Source of the DNA: Squalus acanthias | Taxonomy: Eukaryota | Reading direction: 5' to 3' | DNA: 64,000 nt | NCBI GenBank assembly: GCA_030390025.1 | Contig: CM059432.1 | Location: forward strand, 58,902,001-58,966,000 | Shown: in pieces, positions 12,010 through 25,300 of the stretch | Position numbering within the stretch: position 1 is the stretch's first letter | Layout: each line of letters starts with the position of its first letter | The notes under the pieces: model-generated | The model's database searches: none | Told to the model about the DNA's origin: nothing | The model's input: the letters and a program-made list of their open reading frames with translations, nothing else | Made by a program: the position numbers and the translations under genes

Positions 12010-15000
12010 TCTGTAAGTAGGTGGAACATAGACAGAGGAGATTCAGTACAGTTAAGTATAACTATAAATAAAGTTTAAATAATTCATAATTAATATAAAA
12101 TGTAGTTTCACTGCCCGCTCTTTAACTAACGAAAGGGACATTCTGAAAAAGTGACGGCACGGAGGAGGAGCTCTGGGGTAAGTAAATCGGGTGAGTAAAC
12201 AATAAGTAATTTATTTTTAACTAAAGCTGTCTACCTAATTTTAACTTCATTTTATTAAATAAGTAAAACAAAGTTAGATCAGGATGGCAGTGCAGCTGGT
12301 GTGCCTCATCTGCAGCATATGGGAATTTCTGGAGAGCATTGCGATCTCGGACAACCACATCTGCAGTAAGTGTTTGCATCTCGAGGAACTTCAGCTCAGA
12401 GATGTTGAGCTGGAGTCTGAGGTGCAGACATTATGGAGCATCAGGGAGGGGGCAAGTTACCTTGGACACTTTGATCCAGGAGGCAGTCACACCCCTTAGG
12501 TTAGGTAGTGGTACAGGTCTGGTTAGTGGTCAGGAACAGGAGGGTGTGACTCCAAGTCAGGAAGGTAAGGCGACCCCAGGTGCAGTACTGAAGGAGCCTT
12601 GGCCTTTGCCCTTATCCAACAGGTATGAGGTTATTGCTGCCTGTGTGGATGAGCTAACTTGACCACGGCATCATGATACAGGAGGCTATTCAAGTGGGGG
12701 GAAATGAAAAGGAATGTTGTAGTGGTAGGGGACAGTATAGTCAGGAATAGATACTGTTCTCTGCAGCCGCGACTGGGAGTTTCGAAGGTTGTGTTGCCTG
12801 CCCGGTGCCAAGGTTAAGAACATCTTGCGGCTGGAGAAGAACTTGGAGTGGGAAGGGGAGGATCCAGTTGTCGTGGTCCACGTAGGAACCAGTGACATAG
12901 GTAGAACTAGGAATGAGGTTCTGCTGAGAGAGTTTGAGGAGCTAGGGTCCAAATTAAAACGCAGAACATCTCCGGTAATAATCTCTGGAATGTTACCTGA
13001 GCCACGTGAAAATTGGATTAGGGATAAACAGATTAGAAGGCTTAATGTGGGAGGCAGAGGTTTTGATTCATGGGAGACTGGCACCAGTACTGGGGAAAGA
13101 GGGAGCTGTGGGATGGGCTCCACTTAAACTGGGCTGGGACAAGTGAACTGGCGAGTCGAATAACTAGGGCTGTAGGTAGGGCTTTAAACTAATGAAGCGG
13201 GTGTGGGAGGATTCAGGAAAGGGTAAATTCAAAAGCAGGAAGAGAAATGTCAAGGCTGTAGAGAAAAGTAGCGATTTGGGTAAAACTAAGCAGAGTGGAT
13301 CAGGAAGGCACAGAGAGCTTAACAAAAGTAATGGGGCATTAGAGACTAAGGTGACACCAGGAAAAAATAGAAAAAAGTTAAATCTAAAGGAACTATATCT
13401 GAATGCATGAAGCATTCCCAAGAAAATAGATGAATTAATAGCACAGATAGAAATAAATGGGTTTGATCCAATGTTCCCGTTAAGCTGCACAGCTGTTTGG
13501 CGGTCCCGCGCAGGTCACTTGCCGGCTTTACAATAGGAAAAACCGAGCTTGCGCGGAAGTTTCAATGGGACGCGCAGCCCATTAAAGGGGCCGCGCACCC
13601 AAAAAAAAATTAAAGGGAACATTGGTTTGATCTAATAGCCATTACGGAGACGTGGTTGCAGAGTGACCAAAATTGGGAACTAAATATTCCAGGATACTTG
13701 ACTTTTAAAAGAGATGGGCAAAATGGAAGAGGGGGGGGGGGAAGGGAGGTATAGCCCTGAAAATAAAGGATGGGATAAAGAAAGTAGAGAGAAAGGATCT
13801 TAGAAAATCAATTATGTAGAATCAGTTTGGGTGGAGCTAAGAAACAACAAGGGACAGAAAACACTGGTGGGAGTAGTTTATAGGCCCCCTAACAGTGGTA
13901 GTAGTGTTAGTCTGTATAAATCAGGAAATCAGAGGTGCATTTAACAAGGGTAATACAGTAATCATGGGGACTTTTTTCTTTATATAGACTGGGCAAACCA
14001 AATTTGCAGTAATAGTGTGGAGGACGAGTTCATGGAATGCATTCAAGCTAATTTTCTAGATCAGTATGTAGAGGAACCAACTAGAGAACAGGCTATTTTA
14101 GATATAATGTGCAATGAGAAAGGGATAATTAATAACATAATAACCTTATAATAAAGGAGCCTCTGGGGAATAGTGATCATAATATAATAGAATTTTATAT
14201 TGAGTTTGAGAGTAATTTAGTTAAGGCCGAAACTAGGGTCTTAAATCTGAAACCAGGGTCCTAAACCTGAACAAAGCAAACTACATAGGTGTGAGGCGAG
14301 TTGGCTAAGGTAAATTGAAAACTAGATTAAAAGATATGATGGTGGATAAGCAATGGCAAACATTTAAAGAATTAATTCATAATTCACAACAAATATACAT
14401 TCTCCATAGGAATAAAAACCCCATGGGAAAAATGGTCCAACCGTGGCTAACGAAGTTAAAGATAGTATTAGATTAAAGGAAGAGGCTTACAATGTTGTCA
14501 GAGTAGTAAGCCTGAGGATTGGGAGGATTTTAGAATTCAGCAAAGGATGACCAAGAAATTCATAAAGAAAAGAGAATGAGCGTAAACTAGCAAGAGACAT
14601 AAAAACAGATTGTAAACGTTTCTATAAGTATGTAAAAAGGAAGAGATCAGCAAAAGTAAACATGGGTCTCTTAGAGGCAGAGACAGGAGAAATTATAATG
14701 GGGAATAAGGAAATGGAAGGGACATTAAACGAGTACTTTGTATCAGTCTTCACGGACGAAGACACAAATAACATTCCAGAAATAGTGGGGAACCAAGGGT
14801 CTAGCGAGATTGAGGAATTTAAAGAAATTAGTATTAGTAAAGAAATAGTACTGGAGAAATTAATGGGACTAAAAGTAGTCTTGATGGTCTACATCCTAGG
14901 GTTAAAGAGGTGGCTACAGAGATAGTGGATACATTGGTTTTAATCTTCCAAAAATCCCTAGATTCTACAGCAGTTCCCATGGATTGGAAGGTAGCAAATG

Positions 15001-16375
15001 TTAAAAAAAAAGTAAGTGAGAAAAGCACAAACTATAGGCCAGTTAGCCTGACATCAGTAGTAGGGAAAATGCTAGAATGTTATTAGGGACGTAGTAACAG
15101 GGCACTTAGAAAATCTTAATATGATTGGGCAGAGTCAGCACGGATTTATGAAAGGGAAATAGTGTTTGACAAATCTGTTTTTTTAGGTTGTAACTAGCAG
15201 GATGGAAAAGGAGGAACCTGTAGATGTGGTGTATTTGGATTTTCAGAAGGCATTCGATAAGGTGCCACACAAGAGGTTATTACACAAAATACGGGCTCAT
15301 GGGATTGGGGTAATATGGATTGAGGATGGGTGAACGGACAGACAACAGAGTAGGAATAAACGGGTTGTTTTCAGGTTGGCATGCTGTAACTAGTGGGATA
15401 CCGCAAGGATCAGTGCTTGGGCCTCAGCTATTCACAATCTACATCAATGATTTGGATGAGGGGACCAAATGTAATATATCCAAGTTTGCTGATGATACAA
15501 AGCTAGGTGGGAAAGTAAGCTGTGAGGGGGACACAAAGAGGCTGTTAAGTGAGTGGGCAATGAGGTGGCAGATGGAATATAATGTGGAGAAGTGTGAAGT
15601 TATCCACTTTGGTAGGAAAACTAGAAAAGCAGGATATTTTGTAAATGACGAGAGACTGGGAAATGTTGGTATTCAGAGGGACCTGGGTGTCGTTGTACAT
15701 GAGTTACAGAAAGTTAACATGCAGGCAATTAGGAAAACAAATGGTATGTTAGCATTTATTACAAAGCGATTGGAGTACAAGAGTAAAGAAGCCTTACTAC
15801 AATTATATAGGGCCTTGCTGAGACCATACCTGGAGTACTGTATACAGTTTTGGTCTCCTTACCTAAGGCAGGTTATTCTTCAGAGGGAGTGTAACAAAAG
15901 TTCACTAGACTGATTCCTGGGATGGGGGGGATTGTCCTATGAAGAGAGATTGAGTAGACTAGGGCTATATTCTCTAGCATTTAGAAGAATGAAAGGTGAT
16001 CTCATTGAAGCATAACATTTTTAAGGGGCTTGACAGGGTAGATGCAGGGAGGATGTTTCCCCTGGCTGGGAGTCTAGAACTAGGGTATAGTCTCTGGGTA
16101 AGGGGTCGGCCATTTAGGACTGAGATGAGGAGAAATTTCTTCACTCAAAGGATTGTGAATCTTTGGAATTCTCTACCCCAGAGAGCTGTGATGCTCAGTC
16201 GTTGAGTATATTCAAGACTGAGATCGATACATTTTTGAATACTAAGGGACTCGAGATATGGGGAATAGTGCGGGAAGGTGGAGTTGAGGTAGAAGATCAG
16301 CCATGATCTTATTGAATGGCGGAGCAGGCACAACGGGCCGAATGGCCTACTCCTGCTTCTATTTCTTATGATTCT
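12010..16375 (+). mobile_element. Near full-length CR1 LINE, decayed (ORF1 with Cys motif and SGNH esterase; ORF2 APE-RT)
   Basis: ORF1 from 12284 (CLIC..CSKC; GDSIVR; VVVHVGTSD). ORF2 has AITETWL, YRPP, GIPQGSVLGP and FADDTK. 3' tail ends ttcttatgattct. The 5' boundary is approximate. Confidence 0.92.
13469..13624. mobile_element. hAT-type MITE (156 bp)
   Basis: 15-bp TIRs caatgttcccgttaa / ttaaagggaacattg (1 mismatch); perfect 8-bp TSD gtttgatc at 13461-13468 and 13625-13632. Confidence 0.9.
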
Positions 16376-17428
16376 GTTATTATGTACAAGATACTTCATA
16401 TTTGTGGGGGGGGGAACTGAGAATTGCAGAACTTGAAGTTGAACAGGATCTAAACATGTTATTAGACTCTACTCAACAGATCCAATCACTGAATTTATTG
16501 GTTAAAGACAAATTTAGAACTGCTGTCAGCAAGAGGTTCTTCTCTCCGTGATCAACACCTGGAATGGACTCTTGTAGGGTAGTTTAAGACACCGGTTGCA
16601 TGTTGTGTTGGGGGAATAAGCTTTTCTAGCTGGTTAAGTTAAGATGAGCGGAATGATCTTTCCCATCTGTATTTATTGTGTGATCTTGTAAAGCATTCAG
16701 AGCAGAAACATGGGTTTGTTGTCAGCAAAGTACAAAAATATGCAATAATATAAAATATTTAAAGCTACTACTTTGTATGTAAAACAGAGTTTAAAGAGCA
16801 TAGTGCATGATCTTTATTCGTAAGACTAGTTGATGTGGAAAATAAATATTCTCTCCTTTAAAATAAAACTCATTCTATAAGCGTAAATGAAAGTTTATCA
16901 TAGTACAGTACTACTTTTGAACCATCCATTATAAACCTATCATGACAGCTGGGAAAAATATAGAATAGCGTATTAAGCTAGAAAAAATAGTAATATATTT
17001 CAGTTACAGGACACCGTCCATAAGAAACTAAAACATTAAGAACTGGACTGGAAGTTAGTTAGGAGACTCCAAACGTTGGTAATAGTTTTCAGGCTCAGGT
17101 GTACCTCTAGATTCCCTATTGAGCAACTGCTATGGTCATAAAGTCGTCAGTGGCGTGCCTCCTGGGTGGGATAATTAGCTAGTTTTTATACTAAGTGAGT
17201 TTTTTTTCCCCCCCCACCTTCTTTAGCTTTAGAAAGAATAGGAAGTACTTTATGTTGAAAGTACTGTTTGCTCTTCTACACCCTTCTTCCCCCACTGAAC
17301 AAAGTGACACGTTTGAGTAGTTTTACAAATGTTAGATTAATCATTGTCTTCTAAATGTTAAAAAATAGACTGTATTTTGCAAGGTGTGAATGAAATTCAG
17401 TAAACTGATTTAGATTTTTCTCTAGCAG

Positions 17429-17534
17429 GCCGCCGCCAAGCCCATCAGGATCCATGAGCGTCGCAGCTGGCCATGTTCAGTACCATTCCATCCCAGTCTA
17501 TGAAATGAAATTTCCAGACCTCTGCGTTTATTAG
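17429..17534 (+). CDS. EFR3A: EFR3A last coding exon (PPPSPSGSMSVAAGHVQYHSIPVYEMKFPDLCVY*)
   Basis: tctagcag acceptor in the correct phase; conserved EFR3 C-terminus PVYEMKFPDLCVY; TAG at 17532-17534. Confidence 0.96.
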
Positions 17535-20455
17535 CCACTGTTTCTGTTTGAGGTATCTCAAGGAAACAAATAATGAAGTATATACCAATTCGAAGAACAG
17601 AACTCCTCTGGGGGTCATTGAGTTTTCCATTGATTATATTATGTCTCAGAATAGTGTTCAAGTGGAGCAATTTCTCTTACTTTTCAACTGATTTATTTAG
17701 AGATTATTAGGGTTAGCTGGACTGAAATTCACTGTGATGTGATATAATGTGTAAGTGTATAAGTATTATGTAGTACAAGAATGCATATAAAAGCTTATTT
17801 GCTTGAAGAGGATTAAGAGTATAATGTTTATACCCGGCAAGAGGTCCAATAGATGGAAGAGTGATTGTTAACATTCACAACAGTGAAAGTGCAGCATGGC
17901 CTTTGTGTTTTTAAAAAATAGGAGTATATACAGGAAAAGAATGGACCTTATGAAGGCAACTGAGCTAGCTTAAGGTTTCCTCTGATTGTATCACATTCCT
18001 GTTAATTAGAACTATTTTTAGTGAATTTTGTAATTTTTGTTAACCAGCATTCCAAACTTGACTTGTTAACAACTCTATAGATAATTTCTGAATCTAATCA
18101 CTTGTCTAAGCCAACCACATTGAACAATGAATGGAGCAAATCGGTATTGAAAGTTATTCAGAGCTGTCCCAATGCACATAAAAACAGGGTGAATTCATGA
18201 CCTTTTTTGGTACCTAGAAGTCTATCTAGATTGCTGGTTTTCAGAGACTACGCAACGATTATTGTTCATATTGACTGTATAAATATGCATACTTCTAGAG
18301 ATTGTTTAGTATTATTGAGCAGCAAAATACTGCAATGATTTTAACATAAATCAGTTTGACCTGAAGCATCAGTAGAACCATTTCCAATATCCATAGAAAA
18401 AGCTAGTAACAACCCAACGCAGATGAACGTAGTGTTGAGGCATACTTAGAAATCTTACTAATATTTCACTTCAGTAATTTAGAGTGTGAATATTGAGGAA
18501 TTACTACTGTTTTTTTTACAATGGTAACTTTGCGCTCACTATGAAAAGTGCTTTTCATGCTAGTCTGGACAATGACACTTTTTTGGCAATAACTTTCATA
18601 GAGTTTCTCAGTGACACGCATCTTTCCCGATCAAGAGGACTGGCTGGAGGGCTGCTTCCAGTTGAATGCAACGCTATACAGCTGCTGGAAAATGCAGGAG
18701 AGTGAGCTACTGTGATTGGTCTCTGATTTCTCTCCTCCCCCCACCTCCTGCTACGGATGAGATCTCTTGGCCTAAACAATACTCGGTTTACACCATCAGT
18801 CAGTATGTTTTGTTTCACTGTTGGTTAGTCTTGATGTTGAGAAATTGATAAAATTAGACATACAAAAAGCATGGAAAACCGTGATGAAATTTCTAATAAT
18901 TGATTATTTTGCACTGCAACCGTTGAAACAATTGCATTTTCTAGTAACTAAAAAAAATCAAGTCTGCACATTTCAGATACTACCTGTGCAGGATGAATTA
19001 ACTCTGAAATGATGCACAACTAAAGATTCCATTTGACTTCTTTCCTACTATAGCTCCTATTCCCAAAAAGTTACTGGCTGATGACTTTATTATTGCTTTT
19101 TCAATTACACATGAAAATGATCAAAATTGTAATATGGTAAGGTAGTTAAGACATTTTATGTGTATGCTTTAATAATTGATATTGGATAATATAAGCAGCA
19201 AATCCAGATGTATTAAATAATGAAATGACACAAATCTGCATATGCATGATATGTTTGTTTTTAAGAATGTACACTTGGCTACTTTATCTTTTTGGAACCA
19301 GATTTTTAAATTCACTATTTCAAATAGGTTAAATAGAAGTGCAGGACATATATGGAAAATCTACACACTGGACCATTCTGAACAAGACTGTAGTTAACTT
19401 TATTATCACTGAGGAGTGGAGGTTAAATTGTGAATTAAAATCTATATGTAATAACAGTGTCCTTTTCATTAACTATCAAGACATTTAATTGTAGTTAAAT
19501 AAGATGCTAGCAATACCAGACAAATCAGCTGCCATCTTTTTGGGTTCTGCAGAAATGTTATTACTCAAACTGAATTTTAAAGAGACTGTTGTGTGCTTGT
19601 AGTGGCAGAATTGTATTTCTGTTTTAAAATATTTGTTATGAATTTATTTTCTTGTAATTACAATTAGATTAGACAGTTAAACATAGTGCTTTTCATTTGA
19701 TTTTGTTTAACTTCAAATAGCTTTGCATGCAGTTCAAAACTTCACATGCATTTGAAAATAGTAGGTAAGTCACTATCTGTATTTAATCTGCTAAATTTAA
19801 TTAAAAATGTTAACCGTGCTGTATTGTCAGAAAATTGCATTAGACAAATCTCTTCTTTTACTGTTTGTTTATTTTTGAAACCAAATAAATAGCAAATTCC
19901 AAATGTTATAATGCTGGAAGCTGCAGTCTCGGATGAACTTGATTAGTAGTGTGAGCAATAGTTTGTTTGGATGGCTAAAAGTCATGTGATTGCATTAATT
20001 GACTGTTTTGACTTTATTGAGCACTTTTTAAATGACCATTTGCTGTCCTTAAGAGCAGGCTATTTTTGTATGCCCATCAGTTATGATGATTGCTGCATAG
20101 CATCAGCAGAACATCTGTGAAATTCTGCCATAAATCCTGTGTTGTGATCAGTTTGTGATGCCTCAACAAGGAAAATGTCTCTTTAAAGATAGTCTGCTTC
20201 TAAATACAGCTTAAACTGTGATCAGATGTGCATAAATGATGTAGTATGTTGGCAGTTATGTAAATCCTAGACATGAGTATCATGTTTTCAGGATAATGTT
20301 TCACACTTTGAGTAGATTTGTTAATGTCAGTAAAACTTTGGTGTCTGTGTACTGTTCAGTCTTTGTCCCCTTCAGAAAAGTTAAAAATTTAATGTGAAGT
20401 GTAAAGTTGTACAATTACAAAGGGCAAAATAAACATCTTCACTGTTAAATGCTTC
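17535..20455 (+). other. EFR3A: Probable EFR3A 3' UTR (~2.9 kb)
   Basis: AT-rich stretch after the stop codon with no recognisable transposon, ending near AATAAA signals. The end point is inferred. Confidence 0.6.
20428..20433 (+). terminator. Candidate polyadenylation signal (AATAAA)
   Basis: AATAAA followed by a GU/U-rich tract (tttgtgggtttttt); alternative AATAAA at 19884 and 20497. Confidence 0.5.
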
Positions 20456-20829
20456 TGGCAATTTGTGGGTTTTTTAAGTTTCATTTTTCTCAAATCAATA
20501 AAAACAGGTATACATTTCTGGAGATAATGCACCATTAAAATTCCAAAGGTCATTATTCACATTTTCTGATGCAAATATACAGGTGAACTGTATTCTTGAC
20601 TATACATTTGATTATTATTAGACAGGCGCTGGAATATCACAGACCAACCTTACTTTATATATTCCAGAGTTACAGCAGCTTTTTGAAAATCTACAGTAGA
20701 ATTTCCTCTGGTACTTGACAGGCAGAGTGTACTTTAGTTTTCTTCCACCAGACTATTTGCATGGCTCAGGCCCACCTCAGCAAGTGTTCTGCCTAAAAAT
20801 GAGGAAACCCTAAGTGCCTCAAACCTTGG

Positions 20830-22730
20830 GGGAGGGGATCAAAGCTCTGTAATCCTGCCACATCCAGTCGTGAATGGTGGTAGACAATTAAACAACTAAT
20901 GGGAGGAGGAGGCTCCATGAACATCCCCATCCTCAATGATGGAGGAGCCCAGCATGTGAGTGCAAAAAACAAAGCTGAAGCATTTGCAACCATCTTCAGC
21001 CAGAAGTGCCGAGTGGATGATCTATCTCTGCCTCCTCCTGAGGTTCGCACTATCACAGAAGCCAGTCTTCAGCCAATTCGATTCACGCCACGTGATATCA
21101 AGAAATGGCTGAGCGCACTGGATACAGCAAAGGCTGTGGGCTCCGACAATATCCCAGCTGTAGTGCTGAAGATTTGTGCTCCAGAACCAGCTGCGCCTCT
21201 AGCCAAGCTGTTCCAGTACAGCTACAACACTGGAACAGCTTGGCTGAGACACCCATTTTATTCATTTATGAATATAGAACTTCTGTAATTTTGTTTGAAC
21301 TGAACATAAGTTAGACAAAAAGTGGATAATTGCCCAGGTATATCCTGTCCTCAAAAAGCAGGACAAATCTGGCCAATTATTGCCCCATCAGCCTACACTC
21401 AATCAGAAAAGTGATGGAAGGTGTCATCAACAGTGCTATTAAATGGCACTTACTCACCAATAACTTCACCAATGCTCAGTTTGCGTTCCGCCAGGACCAC
21501 TTGGCTCCAGACTTCATTACAGCCTTGGTCCAAACGTAAACAAAAGAGCTGAATTCCAGAGGTGAGGTGAGAGTGACTGCCCTTGACATCAAGGCAACAT
21601 TTGACCAAGTGTGGCATCAAGGAGCCCTAGTAAAATTGAAGTCAGTGGGAATTGGGGAAAACTCTACTGCCTGGAACCATACCTAGCATAACGGAAGATG
21701 GTTGTGGTTGTTGGAGGTCAATCATCTCCGCCCCAGGACATTGCTGCAGGAGTTCCTCAGGGCAGTGTCCTAGGCCCAACCATCTTCAGCTGCTTCATCA
21801 ATGACCTTCCTTCTGACATAAGGTCAGAAGTGGGGATGTTCGCTGATGATTGCAGTGTTCAGTTCCATTCGCAACTCCTCAGATAATGAAGCAGCGCGTG
21901 CCCGCATGCAGCAAGACCTGGACAACATTCAGGCTTGGGCTGATAAGTGGCAAATAACATTTGTGCCACACAAGTGCCAGGCAATGACTATCTCCAACAA
22001 GAGAGCTTCGAGTCACCTCCCATTGACATTCAATGGGATTACCATCACTGAATCCCCCACCATCGGCAGCCTGGGGGTCATCATTGACCAGAAATTTAAC
22101 TGGACCAGCCACATAATTACTGTGGCTACAAGAGCAGGTCAGAGGCTGGGTATTCTGTGACGAGTGACTCACCACCTGACTCCTCAACGCCTTTCCACCA
22201 TTTACAAGGCATAAGTCAGGAGTGTGATGGAAAACTCTCCACTTGCCTGGATGAGTGCAGCTCTAACAACACTCAAGAAGCTCAACACCATCCAGGACAA
22301 AGCAGCCTGCTTGATTGACAACCCATCCACCACCTTAAACATTCACTTCCTCCACCACCGGCGCACCATGGCTGCAGTGTGTGCTATCTACAAGATGCAC
22401 TGCAGAAACTCACCAAGGCTTCTTCGACAGCACCTCCCAAACCTGAAAACTATACCACCTAGAAGAACAAGGGCAGCAGGCGCTGGGATCACCATCACCT
22501 CCAAGTTTCCCTCCAAGTCACACACCATCCTGACTTGGAAATATAACGCTGTTCCTTCATCACTAGGTCAAAATCCTAGAACTCCCTCCCTAACAGCACT
22601 GTGGGAGTACCTTCACCACACGGACTGCAGTGGTTCAAGAAGGTGGCTCACCACCACCTGCTCGAGGGCAATTAGGGATGGGCAATAAATGCTGGCTTTG
22701 CCAGCGATGCCCACATCCCAGGAATGTTTT
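20830..22730 (+). mobile_element. 5'-truncated LINE of a second CR1-group family (RT region and 3' tail)
   Basis: VRVTALDIKATFD, GVPQGSVLGP, FADDC; tail gggcaattagggatgggcaataaatgctgg; homologous to 25301-28480. Confidence 0.88.
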
Positions 22731-23029
22731 TTTAAATTACATTTTCAAAAGTTTACATTCCCATATAAAATGACCCCATTGTGCACTTGGAATGTATGTT
22801 TGCAGGAGAACTACATTGATGTTTTACAGGCATGTTTCTGCTTGTGATTGTGACAGAAGTGATGTGAATTGGAGGGCTGAATCAATTGATTTGTTCTTGA
22901 CACCTGGGGTTTAATCAGGTCAGGGAACATCTGGTCTTGTCCCTACTGATAGTTAACAACTTGATGACCCTCCCATAGAGCAATGTCTGAGCTCTTTGCA
23001 AAGGCTGAAGAGAAGATGAGAAAGACTAT

Positions 23030-23785
23030 GGGCTGGATTTTGTCAATGGGGAGCTTTTGGAGGCGGGACTCCCATTTGTCGGGTTTTAGTCCCAACTCCA
23101 TTGACTTGTGGCCAACCCATGTTATTTTCTCTTGTTTGACCTTGTTAAGCCCGCCCAGCAGGCTTAGCAGGCCAATTAAGGGAAAACCGGTTACAGGTGA
23201 CGTCAGCGAGTGACGTTTCATCTGTCGAGCTTTTGACAGATGAAATGTTATCATTTGACAGCTCTGTGAAGCTGTCAAACACCGACAATCTGTCTTCTAA
23301 GTTGAGTCTTTACTCAAGACTCAATTAGAAAGCTTTCCTGAGCAGAAAGCAGAAGGCTGCAGCTTTTGACAGTTCAGCGGCCATTCTGCTTTCTGTGCCG
23401 GTGAGCTGAGGGACTCCCGAGACCTGAAGGGAGGAAGCCTGCAGGAAGAAGTAAAGATATGTAAAACTTATTAACACACTTTACACACACCTCACACACC
23501 TATCTCTGCCCCGCAGACCGACAGCCCGCCTCGCTGACCCTGACGAGGTTCGGAGCTGTCGGCAAGCCCACACTTCAGGGCTCAAAATAGGGATTAGCCA
23601 AAAAACTGCCTGTTAACTGACAGTTAATTGGCACTAATCCCCTTCCCGCCTCGAGGAGATGGGACCCGGCACGGGTCGGGTACCCGCCTCCTGGGAAGAT
23701 GGCATGGGAGCAGGATGGGTACCCACCCCAGATTCTGCCATTTTCCCGGCAGTCCCGCCTCCCCAGGGCTGGCAAAATTGCCCCC
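23030..23785. mobile_element. Harbinger-like MITE (~756 bp)
   Basis: Imperfect 16-bp TIRs gggctggattttgtca / tggcaaaattgccccc; internal palindromes such as tgacagct...agctgtca. Confidence 0.65.
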
Positions 23786-25036
23786 AAAGTGTGGTGAGGG
23801 GTGCGAAAGCATAGTTGAAGAGCGGTTTCGAATAAGTTTTACCTCTTCCTGGCATTAAAAACTGCTTACAGAAAGAATTCCCAAGAGCAGGTGCATAGTA
23901 GAGAGTGGTTTCTGATCAAGCAGAAAAAAATGGGTTCACAAGCAGTACAGTACTTATTTAGCATCAAGAACTGGATGAGATATGGGGAGAAAATAGGAGT
24001 GCAAATACGCGCTAGTCTTTGCAACTGACCAGGGTCAAGCGGAACACTGAGGTAAACTGGTGTAGTTGGAAAATGTTAAAGCAGACCCGATGTTGTGGAT
24101 GCAGCATGTAGATGATCGGCGGTTACTAAGGAAGGAGCACTGGGGCATGCCACAGATGGTCGTGTGAGTACAGGATGAGAAACCATTTAGAGTCTATGAA
24201 ATTACATATAGCTAGATAAAAAGAAAATAGAAGTAGCCAGCATGGATTTCAAAAGACACAATTGTGTTTGACAAATCTCAGAATATAAGGAGGTAACAGA
24301 CATGTTAGATGTAGGAAATGCAGTGTAAATAGACCTTCAGGAAAGAATTATGGTGTATGGAATTAGGGGGACAATAGCAAACTGGATAATAAAATTGGTT
24401 AGAAGGGAGAAAACACAGATTAGGAGTTGAGGACAGTCTTTCAGAGTGGTTGGAAGTGAGTAGTGGTGTCCCACTGGGTTCAGTTCTGGGGCCACTTCTG
24501 TTCACTGTATATCATTGGTTTGGATATAGACCCAGAGGGAATGGTGTTAACATTTTCAGATGACAGTAAAATTGATGCTTTAATTAATCCTTTTAAAAGA
24601 CCAAAGGAATCTGCAAAGGGATATTGAGGAGATTGGGGAATGGGCTAAAAAGTAGCAGATGGAATTCAATAGCTAAGTGTGAGGTGATGTATTTTGGTAA
24701 AAATAACAGCAGTAATATATTCTGAATAGAAGTAGTCTCAGTGCTGTGGAAGAGCAGAAGGATTTGAGGGTACAAGTTCACAGGACATTAAAGACAGCAC
24801 CGTAAAAAATAAATTAATGAGATTCTAGGATTTATCACAATGTATAGAATATAAAAGCCAAGAGGTAATGAGCCTATATAAAACCTTAAGACTTCCATAT
24901 TGGGCTCCATACTACAAGTAGGATATTGAGACAGTTCGGGTGGGTACAACACCGATTCACTAGGGCTGCCTGGTATGAAGAAATACAAATATGAAGAAAG
25001 ACTTGAATTATTTTTTTCAATAGAACAGTTTTTTAT

Positions 25037-25296
25037 GACTGACCTGATTGTGTCTCTGCCGAAGTGTGATAAAAGGCAGTCAGAAAGATTAACTGTAGTC
25101 GTCTGACATTGTACGCTGCACAGGCATTGATCTCTGTCTATATATGCTTTGCCGATTCGTATTCCTTCACTTCACCTGACGAAGGGGCAGCAGCTCCGAA
25201 AGCTTGTGATTTCAAATAAAACTGTTGGACTATAACCTGGTGTTGTGCGACTTCTCACTTTTGTCCACCCCAGTCCAACACCGGCATCTCCGCATC
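25037..25296 (+). mobile_element. Penelope-like terminal-repeat fragment with hammerhead motif
   Basis: 12-bp TSD acagttttttat (25025-25036, 25297-25308); homologous to ~33180-33401; hammerhead core present. Confidence 0.75.
25172..25209 (+). ncRNA. Minimal type I hammerhead ribozyme motif
   Basis: tcac-CTGACGA-a-ggggc(agca)gctcc-GAAAGCTT-gtga: stem I tcac/gtga, stem II hairpin, palindromic AGCT in place of stem III. Confidence 0.8.
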
Positions 25297-25300
25297 ACAG

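Noticed and set aside
3764..17534. Calling the gene EFR3B
   Set aside because: Some residues look B-like (IFE, HSIPV), but AAQCESKANLLHD and DEDRLSRRKSIVDTVSIQVD match EFR3A.
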